Source: an uncultured Acidobacteriota bacterium (lineage in GTDB: Bacteria; Acidobacteriota; Thermoanaerobaculia; Gp7-AA8). Taken from it: a stretch of DNA of 64,000 bases. Position 1 is the first letter of the stretch; each line of letters opens with the position of its first letter. Location of the stretch: the NCBI GenBank assembly GCA_937870635.1, contig CALMZP010000083.1, positions 5,100 to 69,099 on the forward strand, given 5' to 3'. Positions 45,898-54,887 of this stretch are shown here, one piece after another. Under the pieces are notes generated by a model. It was not told the DNA's origin. It worked only from the letters and a program-made list of their open reading frames with translations, and made no database searches. Both the position numbers and the translations under genes were made by a program.

Positions 45898-47078
45898 GCA
45901 GAGGGCGGAACGGGCAGGACCAGACGGGTATGCTGGTCGCCGACTCGAAGGAAGCCGTGATCGCGATGATGCGGCGGCAGCAGGTCGTCGTCACCGCGGT
46001 CAAAGAGAAAGGGAAGGAGATCGCGCTGCCGAAGTTCGGCGGCAAGGTTCCACCCCAGCTCATCGCAATCTTCACCCGCCAGTTCTCGGTCATGATCGAC
46101 GCGGGCCTGCCGCTCGTGCAGTGCCTGGAGATTCTCGGCTCGCAGCAGGAACACAAGAATTTCAAGCGCTCGCTCATCCAGATCCGGCAGGACGTCGAAG
46201 CGGGTTCGAGCCTCGCCGACGCGATGCGCAAGCATCCCAAGACGTTCAACGATCTCTACACGAACATGGTGGCCGCCGGCGAGGCGGGCGGTATTCTCGA
46301 CACGATCCTGCAGCGCCTCGCGGCCTACATCGAAAAGGCCGTGAAGCTGAATTCGCAGGTCAAGTCGGCCATGATCTACCCGGTGGCCGTCATCTCGATC
46401 GCGGTCATCGTCGTGGCAGTCATTCTCTGGAAGGTCATCCCGGTGTTCGCCTCTCTCTTCGCCGGCCTCGGTGCAGAGCTGCCCACGCCGACCCTGATCG
46501 TCATCGCTCTCTCGAATTTCATCGGTGACTGGTGGTGGGCAATCGGCCTTGGCGGCATCATCACGACGTTCTCGCTGCGGCGGTATCACGATACTTACAA
46601 GGGCAAGCGCGTCCTCGACGGTCTCCTGCTGAAAGCGCCGGTCTTCGGCCTGCTTCTCCGCAAGATTGCCGTGGCCCGGTTCTGCCGCACGCTCTCGACG
46701 CTGACGTCCTCCGGTGTTCCCATCCTCGACGGCCTGCAGATCACGGCGAAGACCGCCGGCAACTCCGTCGTCGAAGACGCGATCATGTCCACCCGCAAGT
46801 CGGTCGAAGAAGGCAAGACGATCAGTGAGCCTCTCGGCGACACCGAAGTGTTCCCGTCGATGGTCATCCAGATGATCGCCGTCGGTGAGCAGACCGGTGC
46901 TCTCGACACGATGCTCTCCAAGATCGCCGACTTTTACGAAGACGAAGTCGACCTCGCGGTCGCCGGCCTGATGAAACTCCTAGAGCCGATTCTCATCGCC
47001 TTCCTCGGCGTGGCGATCGGCGGCATCGTCATCGCCATGTACATGCCGATGTTCTCGCTCATCGGTCAGATGGGATAA
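45876..47078 (+). CDS. pilC: Type IV pilus platform protein PilC
   Basis: FTRQFSVMIDAGLPL, AGEAGGILD, SAMIYP, GEQTGALD, LLEP. Confidence 0.95.
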   Translation: MPTFEWKGRGRNGQDQTGMLVADSKEAVIAMMRRQQVVVTAVKEKGKEIALPKFGGKVPPQLIAIFTRQFSVMIDAGLPLVQCLEILGSQQEHKNFKRSLIQIRQDVEAGSSLADAMRKHPKTFNDLYTNMVAAGEAGGILDTILQRLAAYIEKAVKLNSQVKSAMIYPVAVISIAVIVVAVILWKVIPVFASLFAGLGAELPTPTLIVIALSNFIGDWWWAIGLGGIITTFSLRRYHDTYKGKRVLDGLLLKAPVFGLLLRKIAVARFCRTLSTLTSSGVPILDGLQITAKTAGNSVVEDAIMSTRKSVEEGKTISEPLGDTEVFPSMVIQMIAVGEQTGALDTMLSKIADFYEDEVDLAVAGLMKLLEPILIAFLGVAIGGIVIAMYMPMFSLIGQMG

Positions 47079-47106
47079 CACCCGGCGACAGAAGCATGCA
47101 TTCGGA

Positions 47107-47137
47107 AGGGGCGACGGAAACGTCGCCCCGATTTTTT
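47107..47137 (+). terminator. Intrinsic terminator after pilC
   Basis: ggggcgacg-gaaa-cgtcgcccc-gatttttt. Confidence 0.85.
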
Positions 47138-47206
47138 GCATCCCTCGCTTCGCTCGGGATGTGCGTATGCTTAATACGAGCAGCACCAGGCACCAGGCAC
47201 ACGATC

Positions 47207-48868
47207 ATGAACACCATGCCCACAGATGCCCGGATGATGATGGCCATCCGGGTCATCGTCGTGACGACGCTCCTCCTCGTCACGCTGATCATTCAGTACA
47301 CCGTCACCGAGATCCTGCCCATCAACTATCTCTATCTCGTCGCAGGTCTCACTTACCTTCTCACGCTCACTTACATCGCTCTCGGGCGGCTCATCCGGTC
47401 GCGCGAGATCAACCTGCTGATCCAGATCGGCGGCGATCTCCTGGTGGAGACGCTCCTGGTGTACTTCACGGGCGGCCTCGATTCGCCCTTCTCCTTTCTC
47501 TATCTCGTCTCGATCATCGCCGCGTCGATGCTTCTCTATCGCCGTGGCGGCCTTCTGGCTGCTTCCGGGGCGGTCATCCTCTACGGCCTGCTCGGAGACC
47601 TGATGTACTACGGGATTCTTCCTCTTCCGGAGCAGACCTGGTTCATCCCCACGCCGTGGACGTCGTCTCGTCTCTACTTCAACATGGCCACGAACTTCGC
47701 GGGCTTTTACGCCACGGCGCTGCTGACGTCGCTCATCTCGGAAAAACTTCAGAAGACCTTCAAGGAGCTCGACGCCAACCGTCAGAACCTGGCCGAACTC
47801 CGCGCGCTCAACCAGAACGTCATCGAGTCGATCCCCTCCGGCCTCATCACGATCTCGACTTACGGGTCGGCGTCGTTCATCAATCCCGCCGGCTGTCAGA
47901 TCCTTCAGACCCAGGCGCACGAAGTCCTCGGCCGTCACGTCACCGAGCTGGCGTTCTTCACGGTCGAAGAGTGGAGTGAGGTCCGCGAGGCGCTCGACGG
48001 CGGCGCGCTCGTGCGCCGCGAGAAGGAGGTCGATGTTCCTGGCGGCCGCCGCACGATTGGATTCGCTCTGACGCCGTTGCGGACGCTCGACGGGAAGGCG
48101 TCCGGGTACACGCTCATCTTTCAGGACCTCACCGAGATGAAGAAACTGGAAGGGGAGATTCGACTCAAGGACCGCATGGCCGCGGTGGGCGAGCTGTCGG
48201 CCGGCATCGCCCACGAGATCCGGAATCCGCTCGCCGCGATCGCGGGATCCGTCCAGGTTCTCAAGAACTCGAAAGCGCTCACGCCACAGGAAGAGCGTCT
48301 GATGTCGATCGTGCTCAAGGAGTCGGAGCGGCTCAACAAGACCATCGCCGACTTCCTCCGCTTCGTCCGTCCCCAGGAAAAGCGCGCGGCGGAATTCGAC
48401 GTCGCTGCGTCGCTCTCCGAAACGCTCGATCTCCTGGCGAACTCTCCCGAACTGCAGAAGCACGAGATCCGGCGCGAGATCGAGCCGCCTTCGTTCCATA
48501 TCGTCGGCGATGCCGATCAGATCCGTCAGGTGTTCTGGAATCTCGTCCGCAATGCCGTGCAGGCGATGCCTGAGGGCGGCGTCATGACGGTGAGGACCGA
48601 GGTGGAGGCCGAGACGTATCGGATCGTGTTTGCGGACAGCGGACGCGGGATGTCGCGTGGCGAGCTGCAGCGCCTCTTTCAACCGTTCCGAACTTCGTTC
48701 CCTTCGGGCACCGGTCTCGGCATGGCAATCTGCTATCGCATCGTGCAGGAGCACGGCGGCTCGATCGAAGTGCAATCGTGGCAGGGCGGGGGGACGGCGG
48801 TGACCGTCGTTCTGCCAGCGACGGTGTCGGAGCAGGGAGCCCGTCCCCTGCCTGCAGCTAGATTTTAG
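47207..48868 (+). CDS. pilS: PilS-like sensor histidine kinase (multi-TM, PAS, HisKA, HATPase)
   Basis: TGGLDSPFSFLY, AHEIRNPL, QVFWNLVRNA, GTGLGM; directly after pilC. Confidence 0.82.
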   Translation: MNTMPTDARMMMAIRVIVVTTLLLVTLIIQYTVTEILPINYLYLVAGLTYLLTLTYIALGRLIRSREINLLIQIGGDLLVETLLVYFTGGLDSPFSFLYLVSIIAASMLLYRRGGLLAASGAVILYGLLGDLMYYGILPLPEQTWFIPTPWTSSRLYFNMATNFAGFYATALLTSLISEKLQKTFKELDANRQNLAELRALNQNVIESIPSGLITISTYGSASFINPAGCQILQTQAHEVLGRHVTELAFFTVEEWSEVREALDGGALVRREKEVDVPGGRRTIGFALTPLRTLDGKASGYTLIFQDLTEMKKLEGEIRLKDRMAAVGELSAGIAHEIRNPLAAIAGSVQVLKNSKALTPQEERLMSIVLKESERLNKTIADFLRFVRPQEKRAAEFDVAASLSETLDLLANSPELQKHEIRREIEPPSFHIVGDADQIRQVFWNLVRNAVQAMPEGGVMTVRTEVEAETYRIVFADSGRGMSRGELQRLFQPFRTSFPSGTGLGMAICYRIVQEHGGSIEVQSWQGGGTAVTVVLPATVSEQGARPLPAARF

Positions 48869-48925
48869 ATTTTGGATTTTGGATTTTGAGACGAATCCAA
48901 AATCCAAAATCCAAAATCTAAAATC
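48861..48925. repeat. Palindromic element with (GATTTTG)n / (CAAAATC)n arms
   Basis: gatttta gattttg gattttg gattttg agacg aatc caaaatc caaaatc caaaatc taaaatc; contains the pilS TAG. Confidence 0.95.
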
Positions 48926-48958
48926 CAATCGAGTCGCCAAGAGCTAGACTAACTCCCA

Positions 48959-49981
48959 GTGACCGACCGCATCCTGACTCCCACCGCCGATCCCGAAGAG
49001 CTCCAGACCGAACTTTCCCTCCGCCCCAAGAAGCTCCGCGAGTACATCGGGCAGCAGAAGGTGAAAGCCAATCTGGAGATCTCGATCGCGGCCGCGCGGA
49101 AACGGGGTGAGGCGCTCGACCACGTCCTTCTCTTCGGCCCGCCCGGACTCGGCAAGACCACGCTCGGAAACATCATCGCCAACGAGATGGACGCGAATAT
49201 CCGGACGACTTCCGGCCCGGCGCTCGAGCGTCCGGGAGATCTGGTCGCCATCGTCACGAATCTGGAGGCCGGCGAAGTGCTCTTCATCGACGAGATCCAC
49301 CGTCTGCCGGCTCAGGTTGAAGAAGTCCTGTACTCGGCGATGGAAGACTTCTACGTCGATGTGGTGATCGGTCAGGGCCCGGCTGCGCGCACGCTCAAGG
49401 TCGAGGTTCCGCGGTTCACGCTGATCGGTGCGACGACCCGGGCCGGACTTCTCACCGCCCCGCTGCGCGCGCGCTTCGGGATCGTTCACCGTCTCGACTT
49501 CTATGACGTCGATTCGCTGGAGGTCATCGTCCGGCGGTCCGCGGAGATCCTGAACATCCCCATTACGCTCGAAGGTTCGAAGGAGATCGCCCGCCGGTCG
49601 CGCGGTACGCCGCGAATCGCGAACCGCCTGCTGCGCCGCGTCCGTGATTACGCCGAAGTGAAGCGCGAAGGTCGCATCGACGTGGAGATCGCGCGCGAAG
49701 CGCTGCACATGCTCGAAGTCGATGACTACGGCCTCGATGACGTCGATCGCAAGCTGCTGACCGCAATCATCGAGCGCTTCAGTGGCGGCCCCGTCGGCCT
49801 CAACGCCCTAGGATCATCCGTCGCCGAAGATCGGGGAACGATCGAAGATCTCTATGAGCCCTACCTGATCCAGATCGGCTTCCTGCAGCGAACCCCCCGA
49901 GGCCGCGTCGCGACGAAGCTCGCCTACGATCACCTCGGTTACAAACTGGGGGCGACGAGAAAGCAGGAGGAGTTGTTTTGA
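48959..49981 (+). CDS. ruvB: Holliday junction branch migration helicase RuvB
   Basis: [46 protein letters not shown]. Confidence 0.97.
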   Translation: MTDRILTPTADPEELQTELSLRPKKLREYIGQQKVKANLEISIAAARKRGEALDHVLLFGPPGLGKTTLGNIIANEMDANIRTTSGPALERPGDLVAIVTNLEAGEVLFIDEIHRLPAQVEEVLYSAMEDFYVDVVIGQGPAARTLKVEVPRFTLIGATTRAGLLTAPLRARFGIVHRLDFYDVDSLEVIVRRSAEILNIPITLEGSKEIARRSRGTPRIANRLLRRVRDYAEVKREGRIDVEIAREALHMLEVDDYGLDDVDRKLLTAIIERFSGGPVGLNALGSSVAEDRGTIEDLYEPYLIQIGFLQRTPRGRVATKLAYDHLGYKLGATRKQEELF

Positions 49982-49995
49982 AGTTTGTTCCCCAG

Positions 49996-50092
49996 TTCAT
50001 GCTGAGCGAAGCGAAGCATCTCCGGTGCACCTGCTGCCATGAACTTTGTTCCGCGTCAGTGCACCGGAGATCCTTCGCTTCGCTCAGGATAG
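49996..50092. repeat. CGTC-family REP palindrome between convergent genes
   Basis: ttcatgctgagcgaagcgaagcatctccggtgcac ... gtgcaccggagatccttcgcttcgctcaggata. Confidence 0.85.
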
Positions 50093-50677
50093 ACTCGTGT
50101 CCCTCAAGTACCACTCGAGCGGTTCGGCAAGGTAACCCGGTGCCGTGCCCCCGCGGCCCCATGCTTCGACGATGAGGATGTGCGAGAGGCTGTCGAAGTC
50201 GGGATTCTGCTCGTGGCTCTCCAGACCCCGCAGTTCCGGATGCTCGCTCTCGCCGTAGCTGCACCGCACCACTTCGGCGAAACCGGCGGCGCGCAGCGTT
50301 GCTGACAGCGTTCCCCAGTTGTAGAGGAACTGGTGTCCCCATCCACGAAAGGCCCGGTTGATGCCGAACGCGCCGAGGACCTGCTGCTCCTCGGTGAGGA
50401 CGCGACGGTAGTGGGACGCCCAGACCCAGTCGAGATTCGGCGTGGAGAGGCGCAGAACACCGTCATCGCGCAGAGCGCGCCGGCATTCGCGGAACAGCGA
50501 GGCCGCATCCGCGTAGTGCAGATGCTCGATGAAGTGCTCGGCGAAGATGAACGCAACGTTCTCGAAGGGAAAGCCTGTCGTGACGTCCAGAACCTGGTCG
50601 ACCCCGGGGTGAGGGTCACGGTCGATGTTGACCCAGCCGTCGAGGTGATGGGGTCCCGATCCGATGTGAAGGCGCAT
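50084..50677 (-). CDS. Class I SAM-dependent methyltransferase-like protein
   Basis: MRLHIGSG..GWVNID, EHFIEHL, CRRALRDDGVLRLSTPN. Confidence 0.82.
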   Translation of the reverse strand: MRLHIGSGPHHLDGWVNIDRDPHPGVDQVLDVTTGFPFENVAFIFAEHFIEHLHYADAASLFRECRRALRDDGVLRLSTPNLDWVWASHYRRVLTEEQQVLGAFGINRAFRGWGHQFLYNWGTLSATLRAAGFAEVVRCSYGESEHPELRGLESHEQNPDFDSLSHILIVEAWGRGGTAPGYLAEPLEWYLRDTSLS

Positions 50678-50698
50678 GTGGGGCGGTATGATGGCAGT

Positions 50699-50810
50699 GA
50701 TTTTAGATTTTGGATTTTGGATTTTGGATTTTGGATTGGTATTTCTTCGATCCATCATGCGGAATCCAGGTCGAAGAGAAATCCAAAATCCAAAATCCAA
50801 AATCCAAAAT
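50699..50810. repeat. Element with (GATTTTG)n / (CAAAATC)n arms around a 40-bp core
   Basis: Arms 50699-50737 and 50779-50810; right arm ends in the ATG of the next gene. Confidence 0.95.
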
Positions 50811-52173
50811 GATTCTCCTGGTCGTCGTGTTGCTCGCAGTGGGTGTGCCGGTCGCAGCGCAGGCGGCCCAGGATCCCTATCAACTTCCTGAGACACTTGC
50901 CGCCGCTCGGCGGTTCGACGAGGCGGAGGCCGCGTACAGGCGGGGGCTTCGTGAGCGTCCGAACGACTGGCGCCTTCGGCTCGGCCTGGCGCGAGTTATC
51001 CTGTGGGACGGCCGTTACCGGGAGGCGGACAAGGCATTCGCAGCTCTCGTCGCCGAGCGGCCTGCTGACGACGATGCGCTACTTGGATATGCCCAGGCGG
51101 CCTACTGGAGCGGCGATTTTCGCCGTGCGCGCCGGAGGTACGAGCGTCTTCTCGAAGTCGATCCCGCGCATGCGGAAGCGAAGAAAGCACTCTCCGATAT
51201 CGCGCTGCTGAGCGCTCCCGGGTATGAGGTCGGCGCAACCTTTCGCGACGATTCGCAGCCCTATCGGGTATCGATGATGCGTGCGAAGGTCTCATACTTC
51301 TCCGACCCGCTCGTGAGATGGGACGTGATCGGCGGAGTGGGCCAGGTTCCCGACGGCGGGAGCTCGATGGCCAGCGTGGGAGCGGGAGTCTCCGCCACCT
51401 TCCCGCGGGTGCGATCGAGGGTCGAGGCGAGTGGCGAGCGATTCCGATTCCCCGACGGATTCAGCGCGACCCTCGGCGAAGTCACGCTCACCCGCACCCT
51501 GCCGGCCCAGAGCGCGCTGGTCCTGTCGGCCCGACGCACGCCATTGCTCGGAACGGTTTTTTCCGTCGACGACCACGAGACGGTGTCCCAGTACTCGCTT
51601 TCGTGGCGGCGCGATCCCGCGGCGCGCTGGCTGGCCGCGGTGGGCGCGCACTCGCTCGATTACTCCGACGGCAACAGAGGCTCGGGTGCCGATGCCTGGT
51701 TCGTGGCTCCGGTCTTCGAGCGCGACTCGCTGATGCTTCGCGCGGGCGTATCCGCCGCATGGCGCGACACGGAGCTCGACCGCTTCCGCTTCACGACGTT
51801 CCGCTCGGAACAGGCGAGTCCCGGCGTCTGGCGGTACACGTACACCGGTGTGTACGATCCGTACTGGACGCCACACGAGCTGAAGGAGGGGAGGGTAGTG
51901 GTGGTGGCCGAGATACCGCGTCTGAAGATCCACGCGGATGCCGGCTACGCACGAGACCGCGCCCTCGGGTTCGGGCCGCGCACGGGAGCGGCACCCAACC
52001 CGCTCTTCATCCATCCGAGCATGCAGGAGCGGTCGTTCCGGCCCTGGCGTGCCGGTGCCGAAATCACGTGGCCCCTCGCGACCGGGATCGAGTTACGCGC
52101 GCGGTATGCGCACGAAGTGACCGCCTTCTACAACGCGAATGAGTTCGAAGCGAGCCTGGTCGGACGACTCTGA
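50809..52173 (+). CDS. Secreted TPR plus predicted outer-membrane beta-barrel protein (BcsC/PgaA-like architecture)
   Basis: Signal peptide, about 3 TPRs, then alternating aromatic beta-strand sequence ending FEASLVGRL. Confidence 0.65.
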   Translation: MILLVVVLLAVGVPVAAQAAQDPYQLPETLAAARRFDEAEAAYRRGLRERPNDWRLRLGLARVILWDGRYREADKAFAALVAERPADDDALLGYAQAAYWSGDFRRARRRYERLLEVDPAHAEAKKALSDIALLSAPGYEVGATFRDDSQPYRVSMMRAKVSYFSDPLVRWDVIGGVGQVPDGGSSMASVGAGVSATFPRVRSRVEASGERFRFPDGFSATLGEVTLTRTLPAQSALVLSARRTPLLGTVFSVDDHETVSQYSLSWRRDPAARWLAAVGAHSLDYSDGNRGSGADAWFVAPVFERDSLMLRAGVSAAWRDTELDRFRFTTFRSEQASPGVWRYTYTGVYDPYWTPHELKEGRVVVVAEIPRLKIHADAGYARDRALGFGPRTGAAPNPLFIHPSMQERSFRPWRAGAEITWPLATGIELRARYAHEVTAFYNANEFEASLVGRL

Positions 52174-53710
52174 GATCTTCCGGCATCGGCGCGCTGCGCC
52201 GATCCGGATGTGGGAGCGGGTGCTCATCGCCGTGCTCATTTTTCTCGCGCTGCAGAGCGTCGTCTTTTTCGGCGCGTGGTGGTTCCAGCTCCGCAACGTC
52301 AGCAACGTCGCGCTGTTTGTTCTCCTGTCGATCGCCACGTGGTACGGCATCTTCCGGATGTTCGTCGGCTGGTACAACCTCTTCCATCTTGAACACCCGC
52401 CGGAAAAGGCCGCGCCCGAAGGTCTGTCGGTTGCAATCTTCACGACCTCCTCTCCCGGTGAGCCGTACGACATGTTCGTGCGCACACTCGATGCCGCGCG
52501 GCGGATCCGCTATCCGCACACCACGTATCTTCTCGACGACACGCGCGACCCGCGCTTTGCGGCGCTTGCCGCCGAGATGGGCGCGGTCCATCTCGAGCTG
52601 GTCGGCTTTCCCGGCGCGAAGGCGGGAAAAATCAACGAAGCGCTCAAGATGACGAAAGAGGATTTCATCCTGGTCCTCGATCCTGACCACATCCCCTTCC
52701 CCGAGTTCCTCGACCGCGTCCTCGGTTACTTCGAAAACGAATCGGTCGGCTTCGTCCAGGTCTCGCAGGCGTACTACAACCCGCCGGAATCATTCGTTGC
52801 GCGTGGTGCCGCGGAGCAGACGTTCACTTTCTACGGTCCGATCATGCAGGGCATGCACGGAACCGGAACGGCAGTGGCGATCGGTGCGAACTGCACGTTC
52901 CGCCGGACGGCGCTCGAGTCCATCGGCGGCCATGGCATCGGCCTGGCCGAGGATCTGGTGACGTCGATTCGCCTGCATGCGGGTGGGTGGGAGTCTGTGT
53001 ACGTCCCCGAGATCGTGTCGCGCGGGCTCGTTCCGTCCGACCTCGGATCGTTTCTCAAACAGCAGCTCAAATGGTCGCGCGGAGTGCATGAGGTTCTCTT
53101 CCATGAGTACCCGCGCGCGTTTCGCCGGCTGTCGTTCCACCAGAAGATCTCCTACTTCATGATCGGCAGTTATTACCTGGTCGGTCTCACTTCGCTCATC
53201 TACTTCACCATTCCGCTCCTTTACCTGTGGGTCGGGGCCCAGCCGGCAGCGATGATCCTGGCCGAGTATCTGGAGCATGCCATTCCGCTGGCCCTGCTGG
53301 GTCTGGCGATCTATCGTCTGTCTCAGCGCTGGCTCTGCGATCCTGTGCGCGAGCGCGGGTGGCACTGGCGGGGTACTCTGCTCAAGATCGGCGCCTGGAA
53401 CGTCTTCCTGCGCGGACTCTGGTTCGCGATCCGGGGAATTGACGTTCCTTACATTCCGACGGCCAAGGAGCGCAAGTTTGGCGAATTCTGGCGGCTGGCC
53501 AGACTTCCGCTCGGAGTGATAGCAATCTCTGCCGCGACGGTTGGGATCGTGGTATATCAACGGTTATTCGTACTGGACGAGACCCACGTTCGCATCACCA
53601 CGGAAGCAACCTGGGCGATGGCTGGTTTCCTGATCATCAACTCGATTTTCATGAGCGGGAGACTGTGGGCGGCCTGGCAGGACCGGGTGCGCAGGGAACC
53701 TGAAGATTGA
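52139..53710 (+). CDS. Processive GT2 polysaccharide synthase (BcsA/CesA-like, no PilZ evident)
   Basis: LLDD, AKAGKIN, LDPDH, VQVSQ, LAED, QQLKWSRG; N- and C-terminal TM helices. Confidence 0.88.
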   Translation: MSSKRAWSDDSEIFRHRRAAPIRMWERVLIAVLIFLALQSVVFFGAWWFQLRNVSNVALFVLLSIATWYGIFRMFVGWYNLFHLEHPPEKAAPEGLSVAIFTTSSPGEPYDMFVRTLDAARRIRYPHTTYLLDDTRDPRFAALAAEMGAVHLELVGFPGAKAGKINEALKMTKEDFILVLDPDHIPFPEFLDRVLGYFENESVGFVQVSQAYYNPPESFVARGAAEQTFTFYGPIMQGMHGTGTAVAIGANCTFRRTALESIGGHGIGLAEDLVTSIRLHAGGWESVYVPEIVSRGLVPSDLGSFLKQQLKWSRGVHEVLFHEYPRAFRRLSFHQKISYFMIGSYYLVGLTSLIYFTIPLLYLWVGAQPAAMILAEYLEHAIPLALLGLAIYRLSQRWLCDPVRERGWHWRGTLLKIGAWNVFLRGLWFAIRGIDVPYIPTAKERKFGEFWRLARLPLGVIAISAATVGIVVYQRLFVLDETHVRITTEATWAMAGFLIINSIFMSGRLWAAWQDRVRREPED

Positions 53711-54873
53711 CGCCGAAACGACTCTATCTGACCGTGTTTTTTGCGCTTGGCTGGCTGCTGGCCATCGGCGTCGCATTTCAGTTCGGCCTTGCCAGTGCAG
53801 TCGGGGCTGCCTACCGGAAAGCGGCTTCGAGGCTCGACTGGATCAGCCAGAAGGCATCCGACGCCGAAGGGGCCGCTCTCACGAGCGTCCGTCAGAACGC
53901 GCGGCGGGATTATCTCGAGCCGCTGAAACCGACTCTCACGTCGGTGGCCGCGCTGAAGAACCCCCCGAAGATGCTGTTCGGCGCGTACGACGGCGGGTTT
54001 CCTCACGACACCTCCGGATTCGCGAAGCTCGAGAGCGATGTCCGCTATCGGTTTCCCATCATCTCCTTCTACTCCGCCTGGGGCGATCAACCGGACCAGC
54101 AGTTTCCCGTGAGGATGGTCGAGACAATCGACCGGCTCGGCTCGGTGCCGATGATCACGTGGGAGCCGTGGGTGACGGACTTCGACCCCCGCCTTCGCCC
54201 GAATCTGCCATCGAAGTCGGATCGCGAGTACGCCAGTCTCGCCGCGATCGGGAAGGGTGAGTACGACTTCTACATCTCACCGTGGGCCGAAGCGGCGGCG
54301 CGGTTCGGCAAGCCGATCTTCCTGCGCTTCGCTCACGAGATGAACGATCCTTATCGCTATCCGTGGGGACCGCAGAACGGGAACCGCCCCGACGACTTCA
54401 TCGCCGCGTGGCGCCGCGTTCACGACATTTTCCAGAAGAGAGGCGCCACCAACGTCATCTGGGTTTGGTCGCCTCACATCTCGATGCCATGGTTCGAGTA
54501 CTACTATCCCGGCGACCACGTCGTCGACTGGGTCGGTATGGGCATTCTCAATTACGGAACGGTGGCGTCCTGGTCTCGGTGGTGGAGCCTTCACCAGATC
54601 CTGGACAAGGCGTATCCGACGCTCGCCAAGTTCAACAAACCAATGATGATCGCGGAAATGGGCACGCTGGCCCAGGGTGGAGACGTCCTCGTCTGGTATC
54701 AGCAGGCGTTCTACCAGCTCGAGCACACGTACGGCCGCGTCCGCTCGATCATCTTCTTCAACCAGGCCAACGATGTCACAATGTCCACTTATCCGTTGAA
54801 CTGGACGGTCGGCCAGGATCCCCGCGCTGCAGAATTCATCGCGAAAGAACTGGCCAGGCTGTCAGCTCAGTGA
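53707..54873 (+). CDS. Glycoside hydrolase family 26
   Basis: PMITWEPW, LRFAHEMN (acid/base), WVWSP, YYPGD..VDWVG, IAEMG (nucleophile); N-terminal anchor. Confidence 0.88.
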   Translation: MTPKRLYLTVFFALGWLLAIGVAFQFGLASAVGAAYRKAASRLDWISQKASDAEGAALTSVRQNARRDYLEPLKPTLTSVAALKNPPKMLFGAYDGGFPHDTSGFAKLESDVRYRFPIISFYSAWGDQPDQQFPVRMVETIDRLGSVPMITWEPWVTDFDPRLRPNLPSKSDREYASLAAIGKGEYDFYISPWAEAAARFGKPIFLRFAHEMNDPYRYPWGPQNGNRPDDFIAAWRRVHDIFQKRGATNVIWVWSPHISMPWFEYYYPGDHVVDWVGMGILNYGTVASWSRWWSLHQILDKAYPTLAKFNKPMMIAEMGTLAQGGDVLVWYQQAFYQLEHTYGRVRSIIFFNQANDVTMSTYPLNWTVGQDPRAAEFIAKELARLSAQ

Positions 54874-54887
54874 AAGGTCCCGGTCCC

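Noticed and set aside
47171..48940. Long antisense ORFs (also 21562..23103, 30663..32696, 59293..60999, 10147..11679)
   Set aside because: High-GC shadow frames opposite well-supported genes, with no recognisable motifs.
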